Shown piece after piece: positions 42,834 to 51,513 of a stretch of DNA of 64,000 nucleotides (the first letter of the stretch is position 1; each line of letters begins with the position of its first letter). The translations under genes and the position numbers were made by a program. Origin of the DNA: Alphaproteobacteria bacterium (lineage in GTDB: Bacteria; Pseudomonadota; Alphaproteobacteria; MPNO01; UBA830); assembly GCA_964291215.2 (NCBI GenBank), contig OZ219791.1, forward strand, positions 2,368,001 through 2,432,000. The letters run 5' to 3'. The notes beneath the pieces were generated by a model. That model saw only the letters and a list, made by a program, of their open reading frames with translations. It ran no database searches and was not told where the DNA came from.

Positions 42834-43143
42834 TCCCGACGATCCGTCCACCCTGCCCGAAGGGCGGTTCGATCCCGCCAGGGTGGACGCCACGACCGAG
42901 GCAGAGATCGCGGCCCAGGAGCGGGAGGCCGAGGCCGAGGCCTTGCAGGACATGGCGCGGTATGCCCGCCGGGTCCGGCGGCGGCTGGGGCTTTCCCAGA
43001 CCGAGCTGGCGCGGCGCATCGACGTGCCGCACGCGACTATCCGCAACTGGGAGCAGGGGAAGCGTTGCCCGACCGGAGCGGCGCGCGCCCTGTTGCGGGT
43101 GCTTGACAAGGTGCCGGAAACCGCACTCCGCGTGCTGACCTGA
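42808..43143 (+). CDS. XRE-family HTH antitoxin
   Basis: 'RVRRRLGLSQTELARRIDVPHATIRNWEQGKRCPTGAARALL'; overlaps the brnT end. Confidence 0.88.
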   Translation: MSTTRIRIDPDDPSTLPEGRFDPARVDATTEAEIAAQEREAEAEALQDMARYARRVRRRLGLSQTELARRIDVPHATIRNWEQGKRCPTGAARALLRVLDKVPETALRVLT

Positions 43144-43301
43144 AGGGATGGCAGCGATGCCGCCCGGCGATTTTCTTCGATCATACGCCAGGCGCGGCGT
43201 GCCCCCCCTTGCGTCCTCCTAGCTACTCAAGTATATGATTCTATGCAGGAAATACCCTACCGGTGCCGTTTGACATGGCCCAATTACCGGCCCAAAACCT
43301 T

Positions 43302-43710
43302 CATTGCCGGGCGGGTCGGCCACCCCGTATCATGAAAACAGGTGCCGGCCGCGCGGGCGGGACTTCGGGCTTTTACGGGGTTGCCTACCGGTCACGGTCC
43401 GCAAGACGGGCACCGAAGATGGCGAGTATCGGACGCCTCGGGAGCAGTGCTCTGGCGGGGAGGGGTTTTTGTGCGCCCGATCCCCAACAATTTTCACGGC
43501 AAACGTCCATTGCCGGGCGGGTCGGCCACCCCGTATCATGAAAACAGGTGCCGGCCGCGCGGGCGGGACTTCGGGCTTTTACGGGGTTGCCTACCGGTCA
43601 CGGTCCGCAAGACGGGCGCCGCAGATGGCGAGTATCGGACGCCTCGGGAGCAGTGCTTTGGCGGGGAGTGATTTTTGTGCGCCCGATCCCCAACAATTTT
43701 CACGGCAAAC
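43302..43710. repeat. ~206-bp non-coding repeat, tandem copies B and C
   Basis: Period 206 (ttgccg at 43304 and 43510); only a few substitutions between copies. Confidence 0.95.
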
Positions 43711-43832
43711 GCCGTCCAACTTTGCTACCCCGAGCGCTCAATTCGCATCCGCTCGTGTTGCCCATAGCTCTTTCTGCGACATTGGCTTCGCTAGTTCAGG
43801 CCAGCACGGGCGCGAGCAGACGCATCGCCTTA

Positions 43833-45383
43833 TCACGCCGCCTGCTTCGTATCGGTCAACGGATGCTTGAAGTAATGCTCATCGAGCGTGTCAAGAATGG
43901 CCTTGCGCGAAGCCTGCCTCGCATACTCCCGCACCTGGGCGCCATCGCGCCAGCCGATCTCTATCCACGTACGTTTGGCCTTTTCCGTTTCAAGGAGTGC
44001 CAGCGCCTCGTCATCAAACAGGCCGGTCGTCCAGATCTCGAAGCCGAGCCGGCAACCCTGGAACCGTTCCTCGGCGCGGTGAAACCGCCAGATGCGGTTG
44101 ACTTTCTCAATCCAGGCCGCGATTTCATCCGGTCCGATCCGGGCGTCCGGCTGGCGGGCACGGCATTCGTAGAACCAGCATTCCTGCTGCTCCTTGATGC
44201 GCCGGACATCGATTTCGGCGGGCTTGCCGGACTTGGGGTCATAGACGATCTCACCGATATCGATGGTGTTGCCGTCAACTTCCCTGACAAGATAGCCGAC
44301 AATCATCTCGAACAAGGCGCCGCGCAGGTTGCCGGCGGCGCCTTCGATCGCCTTGAGGTCGGAGAGTAAACCAATGACACGGTCCGGGTTGGCGGCGGCG
44401 ACCGCGGCGGCACGGGTCAGCGTATCAATCAGTGAACCGATGGCCTTGGCGACGGTGTCACCGAACAGATTGCGGGTTGTGGCCATGACCACGCCGGCCG
44501 ATCGGCCAGCTCGCAGGGCTTCGCGGGTGTAACCGTCGGCAAGCAGGACCGGCATGAAAGGCACAACGCGGCGCATGGCCTTGAGCATGCGGACCTTGCG
44601 CAGGAAGTACTGAATGTGGGGCACATCGAGCGTGCCGCCGCAAAACACATCGGCGACAAAGAACCCCGGCTTGCGGTCATCGCTGCCGCCGGACGCCAAG
44701 GGCAACAAATAGCTGGGGCCGGTGAGGTCCCAGTGGAAGGTGCTGAACTTGGGGGCATGATGGGCATCGCGGATATCGATGGCGTTGTAGCTGGCCATGC
44801 CCAGCTTGCGCGCCCATTCGCGCAGGCCGTCCATGAGCACATCCTCGGCGATCTTGCGGGCGCGGAACGCGTGCGGGCCGGGGCCATCGAAAATATGACG
44901 GCTAAGAGCGATGCATTCGCCCATCTCGCCGATCTCGAACCGCTCAACAAGGCCGGCACTTACGAGGTTGTCCAACACACCGGATAGAGGTACCTGCTTC
45001 TTCTGTGCCTCGGGCGAGCCGGCCACGACATTGAATCTGGTGCGCTGAGCCAGCCCGCCCCGAGTCATCAACCCGTCCAGGGCCAAGCCGTAGATTGAGC
45101 CGGATTCACGCAGGTCGCGGACGAGAGCGTCCCAGAATTTCTCCGAGTTCCGGTCGTCCTCGTGGTAAAGAAAGGCCTCGTTTTTCGGAAGCAGGCGGAT
45201 GGGAAATTTGCGGACCGGCGGCGAAACGCGCGAGACGCGCTTCTTGGCGGCATCAGCCGTCAGGCCATGCCCGTCAGCGAGCGCGCCGGCGAGCCGCGAA
45301 GCGCGCATCGGGCCGTGTGCGGCCAGGATCGTTCGTATCGGGTCAGCGGATGTCACGCTGCTTAATATATATTTCGTTGCCAA
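43833..45383 (-). CDS. Hypothetical protein with PD-(D/E)XK nuclease-like C-terminus (candidate defence protein)
   Basis: 'GALFEMIV..EIDVRR..WFYECRA' (Mrr/REase-like E...D...ExK/R); a second degenerate 'WDLTG..FVADV' module; AT-rich upstream region. Confidence 0.65.
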   Translation of the reverse strand: MATKYILSSVTSADPIRTILAAHGPMRASRLAGALADGHGLTADAAKKRVSRVSPPVRKFPIRLLPKNEAFLYHEDDRNSEKFWDALVRDLRESGSIYGLALDGLMTRGGLAQRTRFNVVAGSPEAQKKQVPLSGVLDNLVSAGLVERFEIGEMGECIALSRHIFDGPGPHAFRARKIAEDVLMDGLREWARKLGMASYNAIDIRDAHHAPKFSTFHWDLTGPSYLLPLASGGSDDRKPGFFVADVFCGGTLDVPHIQYFLRKVRMLKAMRRVVPFMPVLLADGYTREALRAGRSAGVVMATTRNLFGDTVAKAIGSLIDTLTRAAAVAAANPDRVIGLLSDLKAIEGAAGNLRGALFEMIVGYLVREVDGNTIDIGEIVYDPKSGKPAEIDVRRIKEQQECWFYECRARQPDARIGPDEIAAWIEKVNRIWRFHRAEERFQGCRLGFEIWTTGLFDDEALALLETEKAKRTWIEIGWRDGAQVREYARQASRKAILDTLDEHYFKHPLTDTKQAA

Positions 45384-45476
45384 CGCTGAAGGCTTGAAAT
45401 TTTTCTTTTTTTATAATCAATGTCTTACAGAAGTATACGGTCACCGTACCGTCACCGTGCCCGCGGAATCCAACGG

Positions 45477-45600
45477 TCAGGCAAGCCGGGGTAGCGGGCT
45501 GGGGTCCTGGCGCGGCAGCACCAGCGTGAGCGAGCGGCGCGCCCGGCTCAGGGCCACATACAGCTTGCATCGCGCATAGTTGGAGCGAACCCAGCTTTGC
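45477..45600 (-). pseudogene. SF1 helicase motif VI fragment
   Basis: 'KLYVALSRARRSLTLV'. Confidence 0.5.
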
Positions 45601-45655
45601 CCAGCTTTGCACACCGTGCAACTGATCGGGGGACCGCAGTCATGGCAGCCATTCG

Positions 45656-46135
45656 CCTCACCCAGCACCGGGTCGACAGCCGCCAGCCGATTCGGTAGTC
45701 CCGCGCGCCCGTGATCCCGAACCCGACGTTCGGCGTCTCGGTGAAGCGGTCGCCGAACAGCGCCATGCCGTAGCGGAGCTCACTCGCCAGCCGGCTCTCC
45801 GGCTCGAACGTCCCGCCGTCGGGCGCAAGCCCCCGCGCATCCCGCGCCTACCACAGCCGGTCGACACCGCTCCCCCGGCGCGCCGTATGTGGGCGCCAGG
45901 CTGAACGAGAGGCCGCGACCGCGCTCCCCGGGCGCCAGACGCACCGCGCCCCATTCGCGGTAGTTCGAGTCCTCGTGGGCAATGAGCGCGCGGACGCTGG
46001 CCTCCATGCTGAGCCCCGTCTCCGGGTCCGCGTACGACAATCGCCCGCCGAGCTCGACGCCCGTGCCGGTCTCGGCATCGCCGCCGTCATGGCGCAACCC
46101 GAGCTCCAGGCCCGGCGTGAAGACGCCGCCATCGC
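45656..46135 (-). pseudogene. Autotransporter-like beta-barrel C-terminal fragment
   Basis: 'TPGLELGLRHDGGDAETGTGVELGG..ALIAHED..YREWG', 'GRGLSFSLAP', 'TPNVGFG..RDYRIGWRL'. Confidence 0.7.
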
Positions 46136-46430
46136 CCATCCTCCAGGCGCCGCGAGGCGCCGTATGCCGATTCGGATGCAGACTGGCACGAAGCGGCGCG
46201 GATGCGCGCGCAGACCGGCGGGATCGATGTCCGGCGGTACCAGCCAGCATGCATGCCGCGCGAAATTTTTTTCATCATGCCACAGGGGGCGCATGCGGGG
46301 CCTGCCGTATCCTGGAGGGGACAGGCTGTTGATTCCGCACAGGAAATCCCCTTGCTGCACCGTTTGACAATGCCATTTCGCAGGGACAAATCTGCTCCCG
46401 GAGACGCGGTTATGCGGGGGAGCGGCAGGC

Positions 46431-46645
46431 ATGGAGACAGGCAGCGACGACGGCGCGCGCGGGGACCTTCGCCGCGCCGCCGCCAACGACAATCCCGCCC
46501 CGGACAGTGGGCCGGAAGCCCGGATCGAGGCCGCAGCGCTACGCCTCGCCCGCTTGCTGGGCCGGCAGATCGCGCGCGCGCTTCGAGGCGGGCCGCGCCG
46601 CCAACGACAACGCGCTGGCGGACGAGGCCGGCGACGGATAGGTGA
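46431..46645 (+). CDS. Small protein of the type preceding this recombinase family (possible directionality factor); probably frameshifted at its 3' end
   Basis: 'AANDN..RIEAAALRLARLLGRQIAR'; a GTGA overlap at 46642 precedes 'MTRT', which resembles a recombinase start. Confidence 0.45.
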
Positions 46646-46677
46646 CCCGGACCCCCGCGCGCGGCGTCCTGGGCCCG

Positions 46678-47187
46678 CTACAGCCCGAGCCGTTCGAACG
46701 TCCGAAGCGGCAGGTACAGGCGCAGCGGCCGCGACGGGAACGGCACGAAGCCGTACCGCTCGTAGAAGGCGCTGGCGCGGTCGTGCAGCGCATCGACCAC
46801 GACGGCATAGACGCCGATGGTGTCGCCCGCGCGGACGACCCGATGGATCGCATCGAGCAGCAGGGTCTCGCCGAGCCCGCTTTCCTGACTGCGAAGATCG
46901 ACGGCCAGCCGCCCGATGACGGCCGCCGGCACGGGATAGTGCGGCAGCCGCCGGGCGAGGTCCGCCGGCAGGTTGTCCTTCTCGAAGCTCGCCGCGCTCA
47001 GCGTGTAGTAGCCGGCGATCCGTTCCGACGGGTCGCCCGGTGCGACTAACACCCGCGCGACGCGCCGCCGGGCGTCCTGGGAAGCTTGCCGGCGGATGTA
47101 GCGGTCGAGCGACGGCTCCCCGCAGGAGAAGGTCGCGCGGTCGTGATGCGGGCCGAGCGGCTCGACCGTCAGCGGCGCTTCATCCAC
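46678..47187 (-). CDS. GNAT acetyltransferase toxin (AtaT/TacT-like)
   Basis: 'HDRATFSCGEPSLDRYI', 'IAGYYTLSA', 'PAAVIGRLAVD..GLGETLL', 'VDAL..ASAFYERYGF'. Confidence 0.92.
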   Translation of the reverse strand: MDEAPLTVEPLGPHHDRATFSCGEPSLDRYIRRQASQDARRRVARVLVAPGDPSERIAGYYTLSAASFEKDNLPADLARRLPHYPVPAAVIGRLAVDLRSQESGLGETLLLDAIHRVVRAGDTIGVYAVVVDALHDRASAFYERYGFVPFPSRPLRLYLPLRTFERLGL

Positions 47188-47464
47188 CGATGCGCTCGCG
47201 GTAACGGCGCGCGGCGCGGCGCAGCGCCGCGTTCGGCGCGGGCGGGTTGAGCAGCGCGTCGTGGAAGGCGTCCCAGTCCGTCGCCGGGAGGACGATCCGC
47301 TCGCGCGCCTCGATCACCCGCTCGGCCTCGGCTACGGCGCTGCGCAGCACGAAACGGCTGACCGTGGTTTCCTCGTAGGCCGCCGCGCGTTCGAGCTTGC
47401 GCTTGCTCCTGGCGTCGAGGCGCAGGTGGACCCGCTCGTGCTTCGTCTCGGCTGTTTCGGCCAT
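47180..47464 (-). CDS. DUF1778 RHH antitoxin
   Basis: 'KHERVHLRLDARSKRKLERAA..TVSRFVL..I.L..WDAFHDALLNPPAPNAALRRA'. Confidence 0.92.
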   Translation of the reverse strand: MAETAETKHERVHLRLDARSKRKLERAAAYEETTVSRFVLRSAVAEAERVIEARERIVLPATDWDAFHDALLNPPAPNAALRRAARRYRERIGG

Positions 47465-47518
47465 TACGATGTCTCCCGCGTGAGTTGACGATAGACATAT
47501 GCACCAAATTGGCGCACA

Positions 47519-49222
47519 TTGCAACAGTGTCGGCGGAGGACGCCGACGAGAGACAGGAGAACCGAGACCCTTCGCTGTGCGCTTTACGCCCGCTATTCGT
47601 CCGACCAGCAGCGGCCGGCCTCCATCGAGGACCAGTTCCGGGTCTGCCGCGAGCACGCGGAGCGCGAGGGCTGGAAGATCGTCGGCACGTACAGGGACTC
47701 CGCCATCTCGGGAGACAGCGTGATCCTCCGGCCCGGCGTCCAGGCGCTTCTGGAGGACGCGCGGCGGGGCGCGTTCGAGACCGTCGTCGCCCTCGACCGG
47801 ATCAGCCGCGACCAGGCCGATGTTGCGACCCTCTACAAGCATCTGCGCTTCGCCGGCGTGACGATCTTCACGCTCGCGGCGGGCGAAGGCGAGATCAACG
47901 AGCTTCACGTCGGCCTCAAGGGGACCATGAACGCGCTCTTCCTGAAGGACCTCGCGGCGAAGACGCACCGGGGGCTCCGGGGCCGCGTCGAGGCCGGCAA
48001 GTCGGGTGGCGGCATCTGCTACGGCTACGATGTGGTGAAGCTGCACGACGAGGCCGGCGAGCGCATCCGGGGCGAGCGGGAGATCAACGAGGCCGAGGCG
48101 GAGATCGTCCGGCGCATCTTCCGCGAGTTCGCCGCCGGCGCCAGCCCGCGCGCCATCGCGCGGCGCCTCAACGACGAGGGCATCCCCGGCGCCAAGGGCA
48201 GGCTCTGGAGCGACTCCGTCCTGCGCGGCCACGCCAGGCGCGGCACCGGGCTGCTCAACAACGAGCTCTATATCGGCCGGCTGGTGTGGAACCGCCAGCG
48301 CTTCCTGAAGAACCCGGACACCGGCAAGCGGGTCGCGCGCGTCAACCCGCCCGAGGAATGGATAATCGCCGAGGTTCCGGAGCTCCGCATCGTCGACGAC
48401 GCGCTGTGGCAGGACGCCAAGACCCGGCAGGGAGAGCTTGCCGAGAAATACGCCATCGCGGCGACGCGGAACGCCCACGCCAACCCCATGAACGCCGCCC
48501 ACCGGCCGCGTTACCTGCTCTCCGGGCTGCTCGAATGCGGCGTCTGCGGCGGCCCCTATTCCATGCGCGGACAGGGCCGCTACGGCTGCTCTAACCACGT
48601 CATGACGGGCTCGTGCGCCAACAGCCATCCGGCGCGTCGAGATCGAGGAGCGGGTGCTGGCGGGGCTGAAGGACAAGCTGATGGAGCCCGAGGCCGCCGC
48701 CGAAGCGATGAAAGCGTATGCCGAGGAGACCAACCGGCTCAACCGCGAGCGTCGGGCGCGAGCGACCGCGCGGAGCTGGCCGGGATCGAGAAGAAAATCG
48801 CGTCGATGCTCGACGCCATTGAGGAGGGTGGCTACGTGCGGGGTATGTCCGACCGGCTCCGCGAGCTGGAGGCCCGCCAGGACGAGATCAACGAACGGCT
48901 GTCAGCCGCTCCGGTCGACATCCCGGACGTTCACCCCAACATTGCCGGCGTCTACCGCCGCAAGGTGGAGCGACTCGCGGAGGCGCTGGCCGATCCCCGC
49001 GACCAGGCGGCGGAAGCCATAAGGGGGCTGATCGAGCGGATCGTGCTGACCCCCGGCGCGAAGCATGGCGAGTTGCACGCCGCGCTCCATGGCGACCTCG
49101 GCACCATCCTCGAATGGGCCGGGAGCGGCAGGGCGAAGGGAGCGACCGACATCCTGCGAGGCAGAATGTCGGTCTCGGTGGTAGCGGGGGCAGGATTTGA
49201 ACCTGCAACCTTTAGGTTATGA
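47519..49222 (+). CDS. Large serine recombinase (degenerating: start uncertain, compensating frameshifts ~48625-48760)
   Basis: 'ALYARYSSDQQ..SIEDQ', 'DSAISG..RPG', 'LDRISRDQ', recombinase domain, Zn ribbon 'LLECGVCGG..YGCSNH..C'. Confidence 0.9.
   Translation: MQQCRRRTPTRDRRTETLRCALYARYSSDQQRPASIEDQFRVCREHAEREGWKIVGTYRDSAISGDSVILRPGVQALLEDARRGAFETVVALDRISRDQADVATLYKHLRFAGVTIFTLAAGEGEINELHVGLKGTMNALFLKDLAAKTHRGLRGRVEAGKSGGGICYGYDVVKLHDEAGERIRGEREINEAEAEIVRRIFREFAAGASPRAIARRLNDEGIPGAKGRLWSDSVLRGHARRGTGLLNNELYIGRLVWNRQRFLKNPDTGKRVARVNPPEEWIIAEVPELRIVDDALWQDAKTRQGELAEKYAIAATRNAHANPMNAAHRPRYLLSGLLECGVCGGPYSMRGQGRYGCSNHVMTGSCANSHPARRDRGAGAGGAEGQADGARGRRRSDESVCRGDQPAQPRASGASDRAELAGIEKKIASMLDAIEEGGYVRGMSDRLRELEARQDEINERLSAAPVDIPDVHPNIAGVYRRKVERLAEALADPRDQAAEAIRGLIERIVLTPGAKHGELHAALHGDLGTILEWAGSGRAKGATDILRGRMSVSVVAGAGFEPATFRL
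49179..49222 (-). other. 3' half of a tRNA-Met(CAT) (right att junction; not an intact tRNA)
   Basis: rc = TCATAACCTAAAGGTTGCAGGTTCAAATCCTGCCCCCGCTACCA (anticodon CAT, T-loop GGTTCAAATCC, CCA end). The upstream sequence does not supply a 5' half. Confidence 0.8.
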
Positions 49223-49331
49223 ACCAGACATCCTTAAGCTGACAAGTTTCGGACTTGGTGTCTTGCAAGAGCACCCAACGAGTTAGGAAATATAGCTTGC
49301 AAGCTGTATAGCCTCTGTACTATTTTTGGCC

Positions 49332-49690
49332 ATGGAATGGATCGTTGCGTTCTTCGACGCCTTCGAGACCGAGTTCAATGCCTATCCAGAGACTGTCCAA
49401 GATGCCATCTTGGCCAAGGCGGGGCTTCTTGAGCGGGAAGGTTCCCGGTTCGGTCGCCCGCATGTTGACGTGCTCACAGGCTCAAGACATGCCAACATGA
49501 AGGAGTTGTGGTGCAATGTCGGTGACGGCATCCGGCGCGGGCGTTCTCTTCGCCTTCAGCCCCGACCGCCAGGCAATCCTTCTGGCGACCGACAACAAGT
49601 CGGACGTCAGCGAGAAACGGCTTTATCGCCAGTTCCAAGGCTGATGAACATTTCGATCCTTATCTCGATACGATAAAGGGATAAACCAAT
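49332..49690 (+). pseudogene. RelE/HigB-like toxin, frameshifted
   Basis: 'LLEREG..GRPHVDVLTGSRHANMKEL'; the rest ('FAFSPDRQAILL..K..VSEKRLY') is out of frame. Confidence 0.8.
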
Positions 49691-50042
49691 GCCAACAACC
49701 TTGAAGACCAAGATGGCCGGGCTCCCCCCTAACCGTCTAGAGCGGATCGAGGCAGAAACCGAGCGACTGCATCAGGAGTATCTAACTCTCCAGCAGTTGC
49801 GAAAAGCCAAGGCGTTGACGCAGGCTCAGCTTGCTGAAACGCTAGGTATCCGCCAAGCAACCATTGCCAAGATGGAAAAGCGCAGCGACCTGATGATCTC
49901 CACCCTTCAGAGCTATGTCGAAGCCATGGGCGGTCGTCTTGATTTGGTCGTCGAGTTTCCCGGCCACTCGCCCATCCATCTCGCCGGACTCGGCGACATA
50001 GAACAGCCGACATCATCTAGCGAAGCCGCACGCCGTTCCTGA
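49689..50042 (+). CDS. XRE HTH antitoxin (HigA-like)
   Basis: 'LQQLRKAKALTQAQLAETLGIRQATIAKMEKRSDLMISTLQSYVEAMGG'. Confidence 0.9.
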   Translation: MPTTLKTKMAGLPPNRLERIEAETERLHQEYLTLQQLRKAKALTQAQLAETLGIRQATIAKMEKRSDLMISTLQSYVEAMGGRLDLVVEFPGHSPIHLAGLGDIEQPTSSSEAARRS

Positions 50043-50313
50043 TGCTCCGCGAAACGCCCATCGTCAATCTTGCACTATACAATTATAGCACCTATTGTAG
50101 ACGTCAAAAAATTGACACAGTATTGACCTCAAATTGGGACAAGAGACGAATATACGCACCTTACGACTATACAGCGAGCTTGATTTACATCGAAACGGAT
50201 ACCGAAAGCGGTGCACCGACGAGACCAGACCTCGAACCTCTCTCCGGGACAGCCGCACCGGGTTCGGTTCAGCCTGAACCCTTCGGCAACGCGCCGGCGT
50301 ACAGGCCGATTGC

Positions 50314-51513
50314 ATGACACGCAGCAAATACGTGCTTCTCGCAGCGATTCTGGGTCTGCTTCCCATGTTGCTGCCGATGTCGGTCGATGGATCCCTTGCC
50401 ATTCTGCCGGCACTCGGGGATCATTTCGGCGCGGGATCGTCAGTCGTGCAGCTGAGCCTGAGCGCCGTCGTGGCCGGAATAGCTGCAGGCCAGCTGGTGT
50501 ACGGTCCCCTGTCGGACAAATTCGGGCGCAAGCCGGTCATTGTCGGAGGCCTTCTGGCTTATCTTACCGTCGCCGTGGCATGCTCGGCGGCCACCAGCAT
50601 CGAGATGCTCACGGGATTCAGGTTTCTGCAGGGATTCTTCGCCTGCTCGGGCGTTATCGTGGCCCGCGCCGTTATCCGAGATCTGTTCAACGACGAGGCT
50701 GGCGCACGGCTCTTTGCGCTGATGATGGGCATCCACGGCATCATGCCGGCGGTCGCTCCCGGGCTTAGCAGTTGGATCGATCAGGAATGGGGTTGGCAGA
50801 CCGTCTTCGTGGCGATGGCAGGTTTTACCCTCATCGTTGTCGTCACGGTCGTCGTCGGTCTTCCCGAGACCCTGCAGAACCGCAACCCGGGCAGCATCCG
50901 CGTGCGCACCATGCTGCTCAACTACCGCCAGATTCTTGGCAACCGGACATTCAGGGCGAACACCGCGTGCGCCTGTTTACTGTACGGTTCGCTGTTCGCC
51001 TATTTTGCCGGCGCGCCAACGGTTTTCCTACGGTATCTCGAACTCGGTCCCCTCGAATTCGGCGTGGCGCTGGCGATACCGATGATCTCCTATGTCGTCA
51101 TCCAGGTCGTGGTCGCGCGATTCGTCTACAGACTCGGGCTCGACCGGATGATCCGGATCGGAAGCGGAATCGCCATCCTCGCAGGCACCGGCATGATCCT
51201 TTTCGTCGTTTCCGGGCTGGCCAATGTCTATACCCTGACCGGTCCGATTACTCTTGTCTTGGTGGCCCATGCCTTCATAAATCCCGCGATCGCGACGGGT
51301 GCGATTTCCCCTTTCGCGCACGCGGCAGGAACGGCTTCCTCCGTGCTCGGTTTCATCCAGTTTCTTGCCGCAGCGGCGATGACGGCCATCGTGGGCATAG
51401 TGGATGACGGGACGCCGCTGCCGATGGCGGCAGGAATCTGCGTGTCCTCTTTCGGCGTGCTGGCCGCCTATCTCTTCCTCGTCCGGCCGTTGCCCCGCAG
51501 ACCGCAATCATGA
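50314..51513 (+). CDS. Bcr/CflA (DHA1) MFS efflux transporter
   Basis: ~12 TM segments; 'GQLVYGPLSDKFGRKP', 'RFLQG', 'ARAVIRD', 'LPETL'. Confidence 0.92.
   Translation: MTRSKYVLLAAILGLLPMLLPMSVDGSLAILPALGDHFGAGSSVVQLSLSAVVAGIAAGQLVYGPLSDKFGRKPVIVGGLLAYLTVAVACSAATSIEMLTGFRFLQGFFACSGVIVARAVIRDLFNDEAGARLFALMMGIHGIMPAVAPGLSSWIDQEWGWQTVFVAMAGFTLIVVVTVVVGLPETLQNRNPGSIRVRTMLLNYRQILGNRTFRANTACACLLYGSLFAYFAGAPTVFLRYLELGPLEFGVALAIPMISYVVIQVVVARFVYRLGLDRMIRIGSGIAILAGTGMILFVVSGLANVYTLTGPITLVLVAHAFINPAIATGAISPFAHAAGTASSVLGFIQFLAAAAMTAIVGIVDDGTPLPMAAGICVSSFGVLAAYLFLVRPLPRRPQS

Larger units (their letters stand above)
9251..49194. mobile_element. ~40 kb integrative mobilisable element (large serine recombinase + MOBF relaxase), decaying
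   Basis: 17-bp direct repeats at both ends, one overlapping the recombinase 3' end; relaxase, RHH, candidate oriT, ssb and DUF2493 present; no mating-pair-formation genes seen. Confidence 0.75.

Noticed and set aside
43302-43710. Tandem repeat as a CRISPR array or integron attC cassettes
   Set aside because: Units are ~206 bp with no unique spacers, no cas genes, and no convincing RYYYAAC/GTTRRRY boxes.
47465-48742. 520-aa minus ORF 47180-48742
   Set aside because: Only the last 94 aa (DUF1778) are real; the rest is antisense to the recombinase.
49179-49222. Intact tRNA-Met gene
   Set aside because: Only anticodon-to-CCA is present; no 5' half.
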